DNA of 64,000 nucleotides from Camelus ferus (taxonomy: Eukaryota). Below are positions 61,571 through 64,000 of this stretch, piece after piece. The stretch covers positions 37,510,001 through 37,574,000 of the forward strand of contig NC_045705.1 in the NCBI RefSeq assembly GCF_009834535.1, given 5' to 3'. The notes beneath the pieces are model-generated. The model was not told the DNA's origin. It saw only the letters and a list, made by a program, of their open reading frames with translations, and searched no databases. A program made the position numbers and the translations under genes. Positions within the stretch are counted from its first letter, which is position 1, and each line of letters begins with the position of its first letter.

Positions 61571-63299
61571 TTATTAATGTTTATTAATCTATACATACCA
61601 TACTATATTAATCCATGTTATACATCCTGGATGCCTGACTGGGCCTTTCTCTTCAACCTGTGAGTTCTGATTGTCCATTGCTGGTGCTGTTTAACAGAGC
61701 CCCTCTTGATTTTGTTTTAGAAAGTAATATTGGTTCATCTCAAATTTATTAGCACCCTTGAATATCATCACTGTGTTCCCTGTGCTTTGTTTTGATATTC
61801 CATTGTTACCTGCCTTCCCTCTTGTTGAGGCAAACCCTATATTATTATTGCATTATCCTAAAATCCCCTAGTTCAACACCTAATACATAAAGAGGTCTCA
61901 AGAAAACTTATATACCCTTTATCTGTAATTCATAAATCAAGTATTCAAAGCAGAATCTCTCCATCAAATCAGTTGACTTCCCTGTCTCCCCTAAGATACA
62001 CATTGTATCATCTGGGATCTCTTGATATTCTTCCCATATATCTCCATGTCTTGCCCAAAGCCCAGTATGCTCTATATGAAACAAATGTGGCAATACCCTC
62101 ATCTCTCAGATCCTGCTATTCTTGCTTTGATCTTCTTGCCATTCTGTGTGCACAGATGTATCCTTTTATCTTTGTATAATGCTACTTCAAACTGAAACCT
62201 TCCTTGCATTGTCTACTTGGCTCTCAGTATCACTCAGTAACATGGAGATACAGGGTGTGTTGTTCTGCTCTTAATCTACCGCTTCAGGCTTCCCTTTGTT
62301 AGGGAGAAGGTTTAGATATATACTGAGGGTTATTTGCAAACATACATTACCTTCGGGACATACTCACCATGATATTGTATGTTGAGGGTATAAAGGCTAT
62401 TCACTAGGAGACATTCTAGCTCCAGACAATGAATCATTCATTGTACTGCCAAAATGATGCTCCTGACCTTTCTAGACTTTTTGTATACTATTATCACTCA
62501 CAATGATATTCTGACTTAATACTAATACAAACAGGGGCTCCTATAACCTTATTAGATCAAAGACATTGACTTGTAATAGAATGCAATTATTTTCTACTTT
62601 CCAGCTACTTTGTAAATGTACCTATTCTACAGGGGAAGATAAATCAGCTTCTGGTCAATTTTCATAATAATCAATCCCAACCCATTCCCACCTCATCCAG
62701 CTGAGGAATACAACTATATGGCCCCATAAAAACACTCAGAATTAACAAAATCATCCAACACTGTCCTATATGGGGAACTCAAAGCAAAGCTTTATGGCCC
62801 AGAAGCACAATATAACTGCAGCCCACATTACCCAGAAACCTGAGCATTGGGATATGAGCATGTTCTGGGCTCCAAACAGAACCAGAAGCAGCCAGCTACC
62901 TAAGAATGATTAACTACATAGCCAATTATTTCCCCACTGATGTGTAATCTGAGTAAATTACAAACAAAAGATAATACCTAGAATTCACAAGTGTTTCTAG
63001 GTGATTTCTGAAGCCAAGTACCGCACTGGTGGACTGACAGGTCCTGTCAGCCCTCTTCCCAAGGAAACCAAGTGGTACAGGGGCTTCCTCTGTTGAACAG
63101 CAAGTACACACAGTGTTACTTACACAACCAGTATGTTCTAGTAACTAGGATAGGTTTTTAAATGCAAAGGATATACTTTAAGTTTTTTTTTTTATAACTA
63201 CAATATAAACCATAAATATCATTAAAGTTTGGAAAATATGGAAAAATAAACATAATAAAATTGCAGAAAACAATATATTTAATGTATTTTTATTGTATC

Positions 63300-64000
63300 C
63301 ACTCTCACTAATTTTTACTTCTTGTCAATGTATGTGTATTTTAATGTAATAATAATATTGTTTTATAAACTGTTATTGCCTAATAGAATAGTTTGAATAT
63401 TTTGTCATGATATGGTCCTGTAGTAACGTACTTTTCGAAAACTGTACAGTATTGCACACTAAAGTGTATTATAGGATATTTATACAAGTCTCCAATGTAT
63501 GCAGATTAATGATTTTGCAAATTTTCCTATATGATCATAGCAATATCCTTGTTGTTGAGTCTTATATATGTTATGAATTATTTATTTAATTACAAATTAC
63601 TAAATTGCATGAATAAAAGTTTCAGATACATATTGGCAAATGTCCTCCAAGTGGCTGTAATCAATTATACTCCTACTAGTAATGAATGGACATGCTTATT
63701 CTCTAAATCACAAACAATACTGGATGTCATCACTTAAAATTAGTCTCCAATTTGAGGGAAAAATGTGGCTATCTTACTTCTGCTTTTCTTTAAACTTATT
63801 TGATTATTGGTGATTTTGTGTATGTTCACAAGTTTATTATTTCAATGTATTACTTTTTTATGCTTATTCAATTTCCTTGCCTGTATTTCTGTTGGGGTGA
63901 CCATTTTTCCATTGATCTGTAAAAGCCTTTTATATATTAAAGATGAAAACACTGCATATATATGGCACTTACTGCTAGTTTGTCTTTCAGTTTTATAGGT
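63300..64000 (-). mobile_element. Old L1 (L1ME-like) relic
   Basis: T-skewed; ggcaaatgtcctccaagtggctgtaatcaattatactcc typical of decayed L1 ORF2 reverse strand. Confidence 0.6.

Noticed and set aside
1-64000. CRISPR arrays, rRNA, operons, NUMTs, CpG island
   Set aside because: No regularly spaced direct repeats, no rRNA or mitochondrial signatures, no extended GC/CpG-rich block; the sequence is mammalian nuclear DNA

Overview
This is AT-rich placental-mammal genomic DNA, not prokaryotic. It is most likely camelid (alpaca/camel). That call is an inference from a short tRNA-derived SINE and artiodactyl-type L1 3' ends, and from the absence of Alu, B1/B2, BovB/Bov-tA, PRE-1 or SINEC elements. 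The window is a mosaic of transposon fossils (L1, L2, MIR, MaLR/ERVL/ERV1, hAT and Tigger relics), microsatellites and seven N-runs, with a few repeat-free islands. I cannot confidently identify any protein-coding gene, rRNA, functional tRNA or CRISPR array. The supplied ORFs look like chance or repeat-derived ORFs, except one that is clearly a decayed ERVL pol. I did not find a demonstrably new biological system. The best leads are: (i) signals for a minus-strand spliced transcript (octamer/CCAAT/TATA-like promoter and first exon near 36.1 kb; strong exon plus terminal exon and poly(A) site near 7.0-6.2 kb); (ii) a phase-compatible chain of small plus-strand exons at 53-58.7 kb ending in a GPI-signal-like tail; (iii) a retroposed mRNA 3' end nested in an L1; (iv) a twin-primed L1 and an LTR-internal-LTR MaLR provirus. 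Repeat subfamily names are recalled from consensus sequences by eye. Repeat boundaries are approximate (tens of bp) unless a TSD or terminal repeat is quoted.
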